Notes under the pieces: model-generated
What the model saw: only the letters and a program-made list of their open reading frames with translations
What the model was told of the DNA's origin: nothing
Database searches by the model: none
Program-made: the position numbers and the translations under genes
Origin: Chiloscyllium plagiosum
Taxonomy: Eukaryota
DNA length: 58,039 nucleotides
Assembly: GCF_004010195.1 (NCBI RefSeq)
Contig: NC_057750.1
Span: 17,137,009 to 17,195,047, forward strand
Direction: 5' to 3'
Shown here: positions 1 to 12,945 of the stretch, piece after piece
Layout: each line of letters starts with the position of its first letter
Position numbering within the stretch: position 1 is the stretch's first letter

Positions 1-312
1 TTTCCCTGGGGTGGGGTAGTCCAGAACTAGAAGGCATTGGTTTAAAGTGAGAGGTGAAAGTTTTTAAAAGGACCTAAGGAGCAACTTTTTCACGATAGGG
101 TGGTGCGTGTATGGAATGAGCTGCCAGAGGAAGTGGTGAAGACATGTACAATTACAGCATTTAAAAGACATTTGGATGGATATATAAATAGGAAGGTTTG
201 GAGGGATACGGGCCAAATGCTGGCAAATGGGACTAGATTGGTTTCAGTTATCTGGTGGACACAGATGAGTTGGTCCGAAGGGTCTGTTTCCATGTTGTAC
301 CTCTCTATGACT
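1..312 (+). mobile_element. CR1-type LINE 3' end (HER1-like)
   Basis: Translates as RVWNELPEEVV...FKRHLDGYINRK, the typical CR1 ORF2 C-terminus. A CR1 3' tail follows (ggtccgaagggtctgtttcc...ctctctatgactgtatg). Confidence 0.85.
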
Positions 313-1547
313 GTATGGCTTGGTTAAGGAGAGAATCCATTAGTCCTGCAATTATTAGCTTGCACTTCCAGCAAGTAACAGTGCAAATATTTTTCATGTA
401 AAGGGTATAAAAAACATCTTAACTAGTGGGGAACACTGCCCTAGAGACAGTTTTACATTGTTGTGTAAATAATGTGTATATTTGATTTGACTGATATCTG
501 GGGCTTCATGTCACTACTTCTTATGCTGTGTACATGCTGAAAAGGGTTATGTGCTAGATAAAGCGAATGATTCATTTGTTGAAGATTCTATTGACTATTC
601 CACATTGATTTCCATGAATGATCATGCAGTGTGACAAAACCATTAGTACACTTTCACCTTTCTAATCAACTTCCACTTCTACAATAGTTAAACAACACTG
701 GAATCAGTCAGCAGCTGAATGGAAAAAAAAGATAGGTTTCAGGTGTGTTCCTGCTGTGCATTTGAAACATATTTGAGACTTCAAAGTCTGCAGCATTGTG
801 ATTATCTCAGTGCATTTACAGAAGAGGAACTTAAAAGGATTTACAGTGATATATTACCTTTTAAATTATATCTTATTCTTCTCAATTTGAAAGCAGGATA
901 TTTATATTTGCATCCATACATCTGCACTAACATCTTCTAAATGTTTCTGCTTAATTGAAGAAAATACAAAAAGCTCTCAAATCTCTGTGCATTAAATGTA
1001 AGAGATGGTGGATACCATGGTGGATAAGAGATGTGTCCATGGGATGTATACGTACTGAGTTCATGCTGTCCATATTATTGGATATTAATATTAAGATGTG
1101 AATTTACTTGGCACATTTTAACTTACTCACTAGCAATCCTCAATAACAGAACACTAAGCAATATCTTTAAGAGATGCTGGCACCACATTCCCACCGTTTG
1201 TTTGAGATGACTCTGGTACATAATACAATATACGCGAGGACCATTGTTCATTTTATAAGAAAATGCAAAGTCAACTCACAGCACCAAAAGATCGATAGTG
1301 CAATGGCACAACAGTAGGACATCATTATCAGCCCTGCAGAAGTCGGTATACCATAAATTATTCTAGATCTAAATGTCAGATTGTCAGCTGTGCTTCGATC
1401 AAGCTGGTTTTGGTTACTCCATGTTGTATAACTCTCTAACAATGACTTCAGGAACTTTTTGTGCAAAAAACAACTTCGTGACCATACAACATTTACAATT
1501 TACAAAAAATATTTAAAGAGTTTTGGATAGCAAACATTAGGTCTAGA

Positions 1548-1648
1548 TGAGAAACAGAAAGTGTTGGAGAAACTCAGCAGGTCTGGCAGTATTGGTAGAG
1601 AGAAAAAGAGAGTTAACATTTCGGGTCCAGTGACCCTTCATCAGAACT
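1548..1648 (-). mobile_element. Penelope-like terminal-repeat (pLTR) fragment
   Basis: The minus strand reads ttctgatgaagggtcactggacccgaaatgttaactc...ctgctgagtttctcc. The same family occurs at 19110-19203. Confidence 0.6.
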
Positions 1649-2414
1649 GTGATTTGTCAATCATCTGAACGTTACTAACAGCAATTCTGTACGCAGATTT
1701 GTTAGCAGAATTTGGAATATATTTGTTATTATCACCTTCTGAAAGCAGAAAAATCCACTTCTTTCTGGTTATAGTTTTTAACTAAATGATATAGAAGTAG
1801 GTTTATCTCTTCGGTGACAATGCATAGAGCTCTTTGGACCGGTATCACATATTTAAACACAAGTAACCACTTGCAATTTTCTTTCCATGCCTCTTAAGGG
1901 ACAGACAGTCATGGGAAATGCAAATTTTCCAATATGTGCTCACAGGTGTCAGTGCTTCTCCATGTAGCAGCATACATGTCCCTTTTAAAACTTACCTCTC
2001 TCACATTAAACCAATGCCTTCTAGTGCTGTTATTTAAATGGCTCCTTTAAAGAACCAACATGTGCAACAACTGATGGGTGTTATGCTACATTCACTGCAG
2101 AAATTATATGAAACTAGCTACTTACCACTGTTTGAAGTACTCAGATGAGTTATTTTGTGGCTCTCTGTAGTTTAACAAACCGGATTTGTTTCGACTATCT
2201 GAAATTTTCTAAATATAAAATGTTGAATGGTGACAAAAAGAAGAAGTCTCCTTTTTACTTCCTCTTTCAATACGTAGAAAGATTTCAAATGGATGTAATA
2301 GTGCAGCCAATAAGCTGGAGTTCTTTTGTGGGACAGAAAGTGCATTTGCAGAACTTTCCTTAACAAATAATGTTGAATTAGCTAGAATTCATGGCAAGGC
2401 AAGTAATACATGAT

Positions 2415-2722
2415 GGGCAGAATTTTAAGGTGATGTATATTGGACTGAGGGAGGGCACCAAGGTGAAATTGTATTAAAAATAGCACATCTGAATGCACAT
2501 TGGTTCCTCAGCTCCATCCCACCCTGGGCAAATTTCCCAGATACAGAGTTGGAGGCAGCGTGGCCATCTAAGCTGTGCATAGATAATTGACCTGTTTAGG
2601 GCCTGTGAAGGCCTGTTGTCAAAAAATTGATGAATTCCTTTGTAGCCACTTTTTCTATATTGATCAAGGTAACATTTATGACAATTCGAAAGATTGCAAG
2701 ACAGCATAAGTCAATTCTGCCC
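2415..2722. mobile_element. MITE-like non-autonomous DNA transposon (possibly PIF/Harbinger type)
   Basis: Terminal inverted repeat GGGCAGAATT (2415) / AATTCTGCCC (ends 2722). No clean TSD seen. Confidence 0.45.
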
Positions 2723-3639
2723 AGCAATAAGAAAGGGGCTTTTTGCAAGGTTTTTGATAAGTCACTCAGGACTGATCAGGAGTCACTGAAGGGGAGTTTA
2801 CAGATTTTGAGCAGTGAATGAGGATACAAAAGGGAGAAGGCAAAGTAGATTGCATGCTAGGAGTACTGCGTTTTGCATGATTGCTGGAAAGGCAGCTAAA
2901 CGACACAGACTCTGTGTAGGAGAATCGACGAGGAGTCGTGAGCAGTTGGAGGGCTCCATGTGGTAGACCTTAAACAGAAATTCTAGGAATTAGTAGGCAC
3001 CTAAGTGGTGGAATCAGAACTCAAAGAAAGTCCTTGGGTGCTGATAAACTGGGAAGGCAACTGAATCTGTGTCTGGCAATCTGTAAGGGGCTCAGAAGAA
3101 TGGAGTTGAAATACTTAAAAGCAATGTTTGTTTGATGTAACTAAGTTTGAAGTTTGGGGAAAACCTCAGTCACAGGACTGGCCTGGTGTGAAGAGTGAAG
3201 TTATACCTTTGAGGGGCATCCTTTCTGGAGTCCAGGGGAGGATACAGATCCAGGAAAGGATAGTGATAAACCAGAATGGGAGTAATTGTTGAGACAGCCC
3301 ATGATGAAGTGATCTTTCAGAGAGAGTCTCAGGGCTAGGCCAATAAAAGTGAAGAATTGTAATTCTTTGTGTCAGTAATGTCAATGCCTGGGTCAGGCAA
3401 GACAGATTAAGGGATTTGGATTCAAAGTGGGAATCCAGTGCATGGAGAAAAGAGATGCTTTAAGTAAGGTTTATTACCAGACATTCAGCTTGCTGACTTG
3501 AGAGTTCAGTGAAGGAAGGGAGAGAGTATTCCTTTATGAGCAGCTGCTATTAGGAAATGTGCCTCAAGGATTGGTCATTTTTTAAAACAAATCTGCAAAA
3601 GAAAAATAATCTTATAGTAATTGGTGCAAAAATAAGGTT

Positions 3640-4000
3640 AAGAAATAGCCGAACAGTACAACCAAATAGAATGCCCATGCTGGGCATGTGGTGGGTCATA
3701 GACATTTCACATGACCTAGGTAGAGTCATAGAGGCATAGAACAGGCTCTTTGGCCGAACTTGTCCATGCTGCCCATACGATAGCACATACAGAAAAAAAG
3801 TATCACCAGCTGAAGTGATAGCTGGTGTTGCTGGAGTATCCACAAACCAAAGAACTATGTGGATAACATGTCCAGAGAAACATTCACACTGCAAAGTAGG
3901 GACATGCAAGAAAATAGGGAATGAGTGACTGCCAGGCAGTGGAAAAGAGCCAAGTAGATGGCACAGGAATCCCCTAAGTTCCTGCTCACTAATTAGTTTT
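3640..4000 (+). mobile_element. CR1 ORF1 5' remnant (continues at ~6070)
   Basis: GMWWVIDISHDLG and VTARQWKRAK..AQESP resemble the N-terminal half of CR1 ORF1. Decayed. Confidence 0.45.
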
Positions 4001-4069
4001 CCATTCTGATTCATTTGAAGTTGATGGTTCCTCAGAGGAATGCAGCAAGCACCAATGCTTTGGTGGTAC

Positions 4070-6060
4070 ATATAACCTTAAGACATAGGAGCGAATTTAG
4101 GCCATACAGCTCATTGAGTCTGCTCTGCTATTCAATCTTAGCTGATAAGTTTCTCACCCCATTCTCTTGCCTTCTCCCCATAACCCTTGATCTGCTTGAC
4201 AATCAAGAACCTATCTATCTCAGTCTTAAATATACTCAATGACATGGCCTCCACAGCCTTCTGTGGCAGTGAATTCCATAGATTCACCACTCTCTGGCTG
4301 AAGAAGTTGCTCCTTATCTCTGTTTTAAAAGGTCTTCCTTTTACTCTAAAACTGTGCCCTAGTCTCTTCTACAAATGGAAACATCTTCCCAACATCCACT
4401 CTGTCCAGGCCAATCAATACTCTGTAAGTCTCGACTAGATACCCCCCCTCATCCTTCTAAACTCAATCGGGATAGACCCAGAGTCCTCTAACATTCCTCA
4501 GATGTTAGGCTTTTCATTCCTGGGACCATTCTTGTGAATCTCCTCTGAACATGCTCCAAGGCCAGTATATCCTGAGATATGGGGCCCAAAACTGCACACA
4601 ATACTACAAATCTGGTCTGACCAGAGCCTCAGAAGCATGTCCCTGCTTTTATATTCAAGTCCTCTCAAAATACATGCCATCATTGCATTTGTCTTCTGTT
4701 ATGGACTAGACCAGACCACTGAGGCAGCTCAGACCATAACTTTGCAATTTGTTTCGGTAAGTGTACAGTGAAAATTACCCGGAGTAAGTCAGCTAGGTTG
4801 ATTACTAGATTTTAAAACAGACAAAAATTTATTCACAAAATTATGCAATGAAACACAAAGAACAGAATAAAGAACCCTACAGCACTCAGTCGATCCACAC
4901 TAGACTTAAGTATGCTGTTCCCAATACATAACAGCCCAATAAGCAAATTCCCTTTAAAAACCAGTATAAATGGAACACATGCTTACAGGTTGAAGTTGCA
5001 GGGCAGAAAGAGAGAGAGAGAGTTTCCACACAGCTCACTGTTGAACTTCTCACCAGTTCAGGACTGAACTAAACTGCTCAGCTAGAGAACTGACCACTCC
5101 CCTTTCATTATACAGGTCACTACTAAAACATAACCACTTTGGGCTGAAATCTCATCTGTTTACATATAAACAAAAGCCCTCTCAAAAAATCCTTTTCATC
5201 TCTGTATCAAACCAGACTGATTGGAGCCCGGCCTGGTTTATTGCCCCTCTGAAAAAAATCAAGGCTAGAGTAACCTTGAGCCAAAGAACAGCTTTTAGAA
5301 AAAAAGGGACTAGCTTTGTGACACTTCCTAACTACTGACTGAACCTGCAAGTTTACCTTGCAAGAATCCTGGACTAGAACTCCCAAGTTTCTTTGTACTT
5401 CAGACTTCTGAATTTTCTCCCCATTTGGAAAATAGTCCATGCCTCTATTCTTCCCATCAAGATGCGTGACCTCACACTTTCCTACGTTGTACTCCATCTG
5501 CCACTTCTTTGCCCAGTCTCCTAAGGGACTCTCCCTAATTCTAGTGGTTCCTGAAAGATCACTATTAACACCTCCACTATCTCTTCAACTATCTCCCTTA
5601 GAACTCTGGGGTGTAGTCCATCAGGTCGAAGTTATTTAGCCACCTTCAGGTCATCCAATTTTTCTAGCACCTTCTCCTGGTGATGGCCACCATGCTCAGC
5701 TCTGCCCCCTCACTCTCCTGAATTTTTGGGTAATTACTCATGTCTTCCACAGTGTAGACTGACATGAAGTAATTGTTTATCCATTTCCTTGTTCTCCACT
5801 ACTACCTCTCCAACATCATTTTCCAGCAGCCCAATGTCCACTTTAGCTTCTCTTTTGCTCTTTATATATCTAAAGAAACTCTTGCAGTCTTCCTTTATAT
5901 TACTGGCTAGCTTAGCCTCATTTAATCTTCTCCCCCCCCCCTTTCTTTTTTTTGTTGCCCTCTGTTGGTCTTTGTAAGTTTCCCAAACCTCTGCTTTCCC
6001 ACTGCCCTTCATCACATTATATGATTTCTCCTTTGCTTTTATGCTATGCCTGATGCCTGC
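4070..6060 (-). mobile_element. CR1 LINE ORF2 fragments (internally deleted), interrupted by a solo LTR
   Basis: Minus-strand peptides MEYNVGKCEVTHL...VQRNLGVLVQDS, RGLEYKSRDMLLRL and KLASNIKEDCKSFFRYIKSKR. Confidence 0.85.
4697..5323 (-). mobile_element. Solo LTR (627 bp)
   Basis: TG...CA termini and an exact 4-bp TSD CTTC (4693-4696 / 5324-5327) splitting a CR1 sequence. AATAAA lies on the minus strand. Confidence 0.8.
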
Positions 6061-6069
6061 CATTGATGT

Positions 6070-7720
6070 TCCACTGTCCAGTCCGTATGGCCCAGCTTTA
6101 CAGGAGGAAAGGAATACAAGTAGAAGAGCAGCAGTATGGAGGATTCATTTGTTAGGGGAATAGACAGGCATTTCTGTGACTAAGGACATGACTCCAGATG
6201 TAGATTGCCTCTTTGCTGCTGGGATCAAGGATATCACAGAGCAGCTGAAGGATATTTTTCGGGGGAAGTGTGAACAACCAGATTCCGTGGTTTATATTTG
6301 TACCAACAACATTGGTAGCAAAGGTGGCTTGGTGAAAATGTAGCAAGCCAGGTCTTAAACATAGAACTCCCTGGCTTGTTTCCAGTGCCATATGCAAATG
6401 AATACATAAGTCGGAAATTATGACAGATGAATATTGTGATGGTGCTATCACTTTAAAAGGTTAATCTGTCCTTTTTTTGAAGAGATGTTGTAAGCCAGAA
6501 GTGTTTAATTGGCTGCTGAAGGCAACCTAAGTAAACAACTTGTAAGCCATTGGGGTGCTTTTTTTAAAGTTGGAACCATGGTAACAACCTGGATGTGGCC
6601 AGCCATTCTAATTTTTTATGGCTTTAGCATCAGGGTCTTAAATGAGTAGGAAGCTTCAGTAAATTCCCTTGGCTCCTACACTCTCTGATTTTTCTTTTGA
6701 TGCTTCTTCCTCTTGGATTGGAAAACTGCATGTAAGAATCTATGTCTTCATTTGCCTTTTTACAAAAAGGTATGCTTATGGAATTTTATTATACTGGAAC
6801 AGTTAATTAGTAATAGGTACTGTATATATTATTTGGTTACATTTTCCAATCATTAACTTATTCTAAATTCCTCTTTCTTTTGTTTGTATTTTAACTACAA
6901 TGTTTAAATAAATTGTGTTTGCTTAGCATCAAGTAGTTTGACTAGTCGCATCGTTTCTGGAACATGGCACTTCACATCTGTCTTTAAAATAAAAAAAGTT
7001 AGGGTTAAGGTTACCTTCTTGAAATATTTTAAGGGGCTCTGGTCTGGTCCATAACAATTTATGGCTGACAAAATGGTGCCAAGTGGGTGATTTAAATTTT
7101 GGGATGCTGGGTATGAGATGACACCTGTTGAAGCTGCATGTGTTGCACCTGAACATATCTAGGTCTGAATTCCCTGCAGGGAGTTTTACTATGGTTGTTA
7201 TGGGGGCTTTAAACTCACTTCACTATGGTGTAGAAACCAAGGTAGTGTATTAGAGAGCACTACAAACTAAAGTCTGGCAAAGACAAATAGCAATAGAATA
7301 GGCAATAGTAAGTTAATCAGTAGAGTTGTAGAAAAGGAAGAAACTCAGGGACAGCTGATTTCAATGGGGCAAGAATTGAGCAGGGATAGCTAGACTGGAA
7401 CCAAGGGTAGTGAAGCATACTATAGCTGAACAGTGGACTACCTTCAAAGAAGAGTTAGTTCAGGCACAATTGAGGTATATCCCTCAAAAGGAAAGGTAGG
7501 GCAAACAAATGCAGAGCTTCTGATGGATGCCAGGTAGAAAATATAACTGAGAACCAAACTGAATGCAAAAGGTACAGAAGAGAAGTGAGAAAACAAATAA
7601 GAGGAGCACAGACAGATTATGAAAAAGACTAGCTTCTATCATAAAGGGCATGTAAATAGTAGAAGTGTGGTAATAGAAATTGAGATTAGGGACCAAAAAG
7701 AAGATTTACATACATAGGCA
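6070..7720 (+). mobile_element. CR1 ORF1 (SGNH esterase-like) to ORF2 remnant, split by a solo LTR
   Basis: GDSFVRGIDRHFC, VVYICTNNIG and QMN|WLTKWC match esterase-type CR1 ORF1 motifs. Decayed ORF2 follows. Confidence 0.7.
6435..7056 (+). mobile_element. Solo LTR (622 bp), related to 4697-5323
   Basis: TG...CA termini, and an AATAAA near 6907. Its 3' end ctggtctggtccataaca nearly matches the reverse complement of the 4697 end. TSD ATAT/ATTT with 1 mismatch. Confidence 0.7.
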
Positions 7721-9430
7721 GTGTATATATAACTACCTCGGTCTAGCGTTTATGTAAACCCTCAGCCCAATGTTTATATACCCACCCCCAGTGCAGTGTT
7801 TATATAAACCACCAGCCCAGTGTTTATGTAACCACCCCCAGTCCAGTGCTTGTATACACCCCCAGCCCAGTGTTTATATAATTGCCCCAGTCTAGTATTT
7901 ATATAAACTCCCAGCCCAGAGTTTATATAACTGCCCCCAGTCTAGTGTTTATATAACTGCCCTAGTCTAGTGTTTATGTAAACCCTCAGCCCAATGTTTA
8001 TATACCCACCCCTTGTCTAGTGTTTATATAAATCCCCGGCCCAGTGTTTATATAATCGCCCCAGTCTAGTGTTTATATAAACCTCCCAGCCCAGTGTTTA
8101 TATAACTGCGCCCCCGTCTAGTGCTTATATAAACCCCCAGCCGAGTGTTTATAGAACTGCTCCAGTCTAGTGTTTATATAACCACCCTAGTCTAGTGTTT
8201 ATATATACCGCCCCAGCCCAGTGTTTATATAACTGCCCCCGTCTAGTGTTTATATAAACCCTCAGCCCAGTGTTTATATAACCTCCCCCAGACTAGTGTT
8301 TATATAAACCCCCCACTCAGTGTTTATATAATGCTCCAGTCTAGTGCTTATATAAACCCCCAGCCGAGTGTTTATAGAACTGCTCCAGTCTAGTGTTTAT
8401 ATAACCACCCTAGTCTAGTGTTTATATATACCGCCCCAGCCCAGTGTTTATATAACTGCCCCCGTCTAGTGTTTATATAAACCCTCAGCCCAGTGTTTAT
8501 ATAACCTCCCCCAGACTAGTGTTTATATAAACCCCCCACTCAGTGTTTATATAATGCTCCAGTCTAGTGCTTATATAAACCCCCAGCCGAGTGTTTATAG
8601 AACTGCTCCAGTCTAGTGTTTATATAACCACCCTAGTCTAGTGTTTATATATACCGCCCCAGCCCAGTGTTTATATAACTGCCCCCGTCTAGTGTTTATA
8701 TAAACCCTCAGCCTGTTTATATAACCACCCCCAGTCTAGTGTTTATATAAACCCCCAGTCCAGTATTTATAAAATCGCCCCCAGTCTAGTGTTTATATAA
8801 CCCTCAGCTGAGTGTTTATATAATGCCCCGTCTAGTGTTTATATAACCACCCTAGTCTAGTGTTTATATAAATCCCCCAGCTCAGTGTTTATATAACCAT
8901 CCCACGCTAGTATTTATATAACCCCCCCACCCCAGTGTTTACAAAACACCCCAATCTAGTGTTTATATAAACTCCCAGCCCAGTGTATATATAACCGCTC
9001 CAGCTTAGTGTTTATATAACCCCCTGTCCAGTGTTTATATATCCGCCCCCAGTCTAGTGTTTAAATAAACCCCCAGCCCAATGTTTATATAACCGCCCCA
9101 GCTCAGTGTTTATATAAACTCTCAGTCCAATGTTTATATAACTGCCCCCCAGTCTAGTGTTTATATATACCCCCGGCCCAGTGTTAATGTAACCTCCAGT
9201 CATTTTTATAACTTTCCCAGCTCAATGTTTTATATACCCCCCCCCCAGTAATTTTATAATACCCTCCCTGCCCAGCATTTATATAACCCACCCACCAGCC
9301 CAGAGTTTTTAGTGTTTTGTAACCTCCCAGTAATTTTATAACAGCCCCAAGCCCAGTCTTTTTAAAAAATCCCCCAGCCAATTGATTTTCTAAATAAATC
9401 TTGAGAGCCCAATGTTTATATAAATTTGGG
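7720..9430. repeat. ~25-bp minisatellite (cccagtctagtgtttatataacc-like), ~1.7 kb, with a 223-bp higher-order repeat
   Basis: Dozens of monomers are directly visible. The variant gtgcttatat recurs at 8121, 8344 and 8567. Confidence 0.95.
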
Positions 9431-10460
9431 CCATAGAACATAGAGATAAGGTCTGAAATAAAAGGCACTACACTAGAAGGCGTATAGGAGTAGAGACCTG
9501 GATACATATGTGCATAAGTCATGACAAAAGGGAAGACCGGTGGAGAGAGCTGTTATTAAAGTGTATGGCATTCTAGGCTTCATTATTAGGCTTATAGAAT
9601 ACAGAAGTAAGGATATTATGCTAAACTTGTATAAGTCATGTTGGCATGGTGGCTCAGTGGCTAACACAGCTGCCTTACATTGCCAGGGACTTGGTTTTGA
9701 TTCTAGTCTTGGGTGATTGTGTGGATTTTACACATTCTCCCTGTGTCTGCGTGAGTTTCCACTGGGTGCTCCAGTTTTTTCCCACAATCCAAAAATGTGC
9801 AGGTTGGGTGGATTGGCCATGCTAAATTGCCTATAGCGACTAGGGATGTGTAGACTAGGTGGATTAGGCATGGTAAATGCAGGGTTACAGGGGTAGGGTA
9901 GGGGTTTGGGTCTGGATGAGATGCTCTTCAGAGGGCCAGTACAGATCTAAAGGGCTGAATGGCCTCTTTCCGCACTATAGGGATTCTGTAATTCTATGAT
10001 ACTAATTAGACCTCAGGTGGAGTATTTTGTGCAATTCTGGCTCTATACTTTAGAAAGAATGTGTATATATTCAAGAGATGGCAGATTCTAAAGAGGTTCC
10101 AAGGATGGGAAACTTAATTTTGTGGAAAGATTAGAGAAATTTTAAACAGTTTTCCTTAGAGAGGAGAAAACTAAGAGGAGATTTGATGGAAGTTTCCAAA
10201 ATCATGAGGGGGCTTGTCAGAGTAGATGGAGAGAAATTGTTCTGTCACAAAATGATAAGGTCAAAAGAAGCAAATATACTGTCCGAAAAAAATTCACACA
10301 GCAGATAGTTAGGGTCTGGAATGCACTACCTGGAACAGTGATGGAGGAAGTTTCAATGAGGCATTCAAGAGGACGTTAGATGACTACTTAAATGGAAACA
10401 ATATTCAGAGCCATGGGGAAAGGGCAGGCAAATAGCATTGAGTCATAATACTCTTCAGAG
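9430..10460 (+). mobile_element. CR1 LINE 3' region interrupted by a SINE
   Basis: YGILGFIIRLIEYRSKDIMLNLYKS|LIRPQVEYFVQFW, followed by a CR1 tail. Confidence 0.75.
9643..9999 (+). mobile_element. HE1-like (V-SINE) tRNA-derived SINE
   Basis: tRNA-like head ggcatggtggctcagtgg, V-domain cacattctccctgtgtctgcgtgagtttcc...gtgcaggttgggtggattggccatgctaaattgcc, and a CR1-like tail. Confidence 0.85.
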
Positions 10461-10479
10461 AGTCGGCAGTTTCCCCACA

Positions 10480-12000
10480 AATTAAACTGACTGATCTGTA
10501 ATTGCTAGGCTTTACCTCATAAAATTTCTTGAACAACGGTAAAAGTTTTGCAATTCTCCAGTTCTCTGGTACCCTGATGTCCAGAGAAGACTGAAAACTT
10601 TTGGTCATGCCTCTGTAGTTTCCACTTACACTTACTTCAAAATCCTTGGATGTATCGCCTTGCTAACTCTCAATAGGTCATTGAAAACCACTTCTGTATC
10701 AATTATAAACACTTTCAGTGATAGGGTTTCTTCCTCTGATCCATTGTCTGGATAATATCTTGCTTCCTTGGTAAAAACAGATCCACAATATTCATTTAAT
10801 ACATGAGCTTTGCCTCCTTGTGTGCTCCCTTTTTGATTCTACTCCTTCTTTTATCACATTTCCACTATTGATGTGCCTGAAGAATACTTTGGGATTCTCC
10901 ATTTTGTCAGGTGGTAGTTTTGTTTTCATATTCCCTCTTTGCTGTCTTATTTGATTCTTCACTTCCTGCTTTGAACATTTCGTATTCAGCTTGAATCTCA
11001 ATTGTTTCATTTCCCTCGCACATGTCTTTAACTTAATTTCTATGTAATTTTCCACCCAGGGAACTCTGGATTTATTTGCCCTATCTTGCCCTTTTGAGGG
11101 AATATATCTTGACCAAATCCAAACCATCTCAGCTTTGAAGGTAGCCCATTGTTCAGCTACAGTTTTTTCCCACCATTCTTTGGTTCCAGTCTAACCAGTC
11201 CAACTCTGTTCTTGTGCATTGGATTTGGCGCTCTCCCAATTAATTATTCTTAATGTGGACTGTCCTTTGTTCTTTTCCACCATCATCCTAAACCTTATGT
11301 TACAGTGATCACTGTTCACTAAATGTTCCTGCACTGAGTCTTGATCTGCTTGGTCCACCTCATTCCCAAGAACCACGTCTAGCAGTGCTTGTTGGACTGA
11401 ATACGAACTGCTGCAGAAATGTCTCCTGAACAGAGTCCAGGTACATTTGCCCCTCGCTGCCCTTAATACTACCATTGGCCTAGTCTATATACAGATGATT
11501 AATGTTTCCCCATTATAACTGCTGTAAGATGTTTGCTCCTCTTTGTAATTTATTCCTATTCATCCTCCCCAGTAGTTGATGATCTGTAGTCTACACTGAG
11601 CAATGTAATTACACCTTTCTTTTCCTTAACTCTAGTCAAATTGATTCTGTCCATGGACCCTCTAAAACATCCTCTTTCACCAATGCTGCAGTGCTCTCTT
11701 TAACCAATATCATTACCTCTCCTCCTTTCTTCCTCTCCTAACTTTCCTCTCACTTTATAAGCTAGGAATATTTAATATCCAACCTGCTTGGCCTTCCTAA
11801 AATGGGGTGTCTTAATCACCACATTACCTCACTATTCCACAAGTCAATCTGCACCTGTAACTCACCAACTTTGACTATTCTCCATGCATGTGAATACAAG
11901 CAGTGTAACCCTGATTTAGAATATTTTAATTTCTCCCTTGCTCTGCCACCCCTACTCTTCCCAGGTGCTATTCATCTCCCCAAGTATTTTGTGCACCCAA
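10480..12000 (-). mobile_element. CR1 ORF2 endonuclease-to-RT remnant
   Basis: ALLDVVLGNEVDQ...EHLVNSDHCNIRF (endonuclease C-terminus) and VPENWRIAKLLPLFKK...PSNYRSVSL (start of RT). Confidence 0.8.
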
Positions 12001-12945
12001 GTATAACTCTAATATTCTCTTCTGTTTCCTACACATCTGGAGAAATAATGTCCAACATGCCACTGACTTTATCTCTGCATCTCAAGCCACTGTCGGGACA
12101 TCAATATTTTGGATCTCACCTAATTAATTCACCACATGCCATGTTTCCCACTCTTGTGAGCTAAGGAAACACCCTCACCCAACAATCCTGGTATGCTCTT
12201 GTAAAACTGAGATTTCTCCCAATGGTTTGCCTAACATTCCTCTCTAGTTAAGAAAGCTAACAAAGTGTTTATTTTTCTCATTGTTGTCTCAGACAGGACT
12301 TGATATTCTGTTGATCAGAACCTGCATTGCATTGGAGGGTGAGCAAGTATTTATTTTGTATCACTTTGTCAGTATATGAGATTATATTGATTCTTTCATG
12401 ATTATGGTACTTTTCTATTTTCACTTCAAGAAGTTATTTTTGATTTGTGCTTTGAACTGAAGCCTTTTTGAAAACAACTGCTTGTCAGTCAAAGGAAGGG
12501 AGTTCAATGTAATACCCAGCCTCCTTTCAGTATTACTTCCCTATTGGGAAGCACCTGGGCTGCAGATGATTGTACCTAATGACTGAGAGACTGCTGTTAT
12601 ATGACCAGGGGTTAGTTAGGGCCTCGTTGCATGAAAATAAACTCCATTGGACAGAATCTTACAGGCACCTGGGCAATGTAGGCTGCAGCAAGATGTGTGG
12701 CAGAATTAGGTTACAGGTGTGGTGAGGTCCATCTTGATGGTGAGATTATGTCACTCCATTTTATATGCTTTTCACAAGTGGCAAAGGCAAGATTCTCACT
12801 AGGCAGCAATGAGATGCCAATTGACATGGATTAACACTTGTTATGTGTCTAGTTAATATTGCATTTCTAGTTCTTTAATACTTAGCCTTCCATCTTACCA
12901 AACCAGCCAAAAAGACTTGACGTCAAGAAAACTCAACAAAGAAAC

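Noticed and set aside
2780..3470. Possible additional LTR (similar-looking sequence at 22290-23690)
   Set aside because: The composition is LTR-like, but I could not define termini or a TSD.
7720..9430. CRISPR-like appearance of the tandem arrays (also 23709-24353 and 31404-32170)
   Set aside because: Units are contiguous with no unique spacers, there are no cas genes, and the context is vertebrate.
9643..9720. tRNA gene (also the heads at 48044 and 56757)
   Set aside because: These are tRNA-derived SINE heads fused to the V-domain, with no complete cloverleaf.
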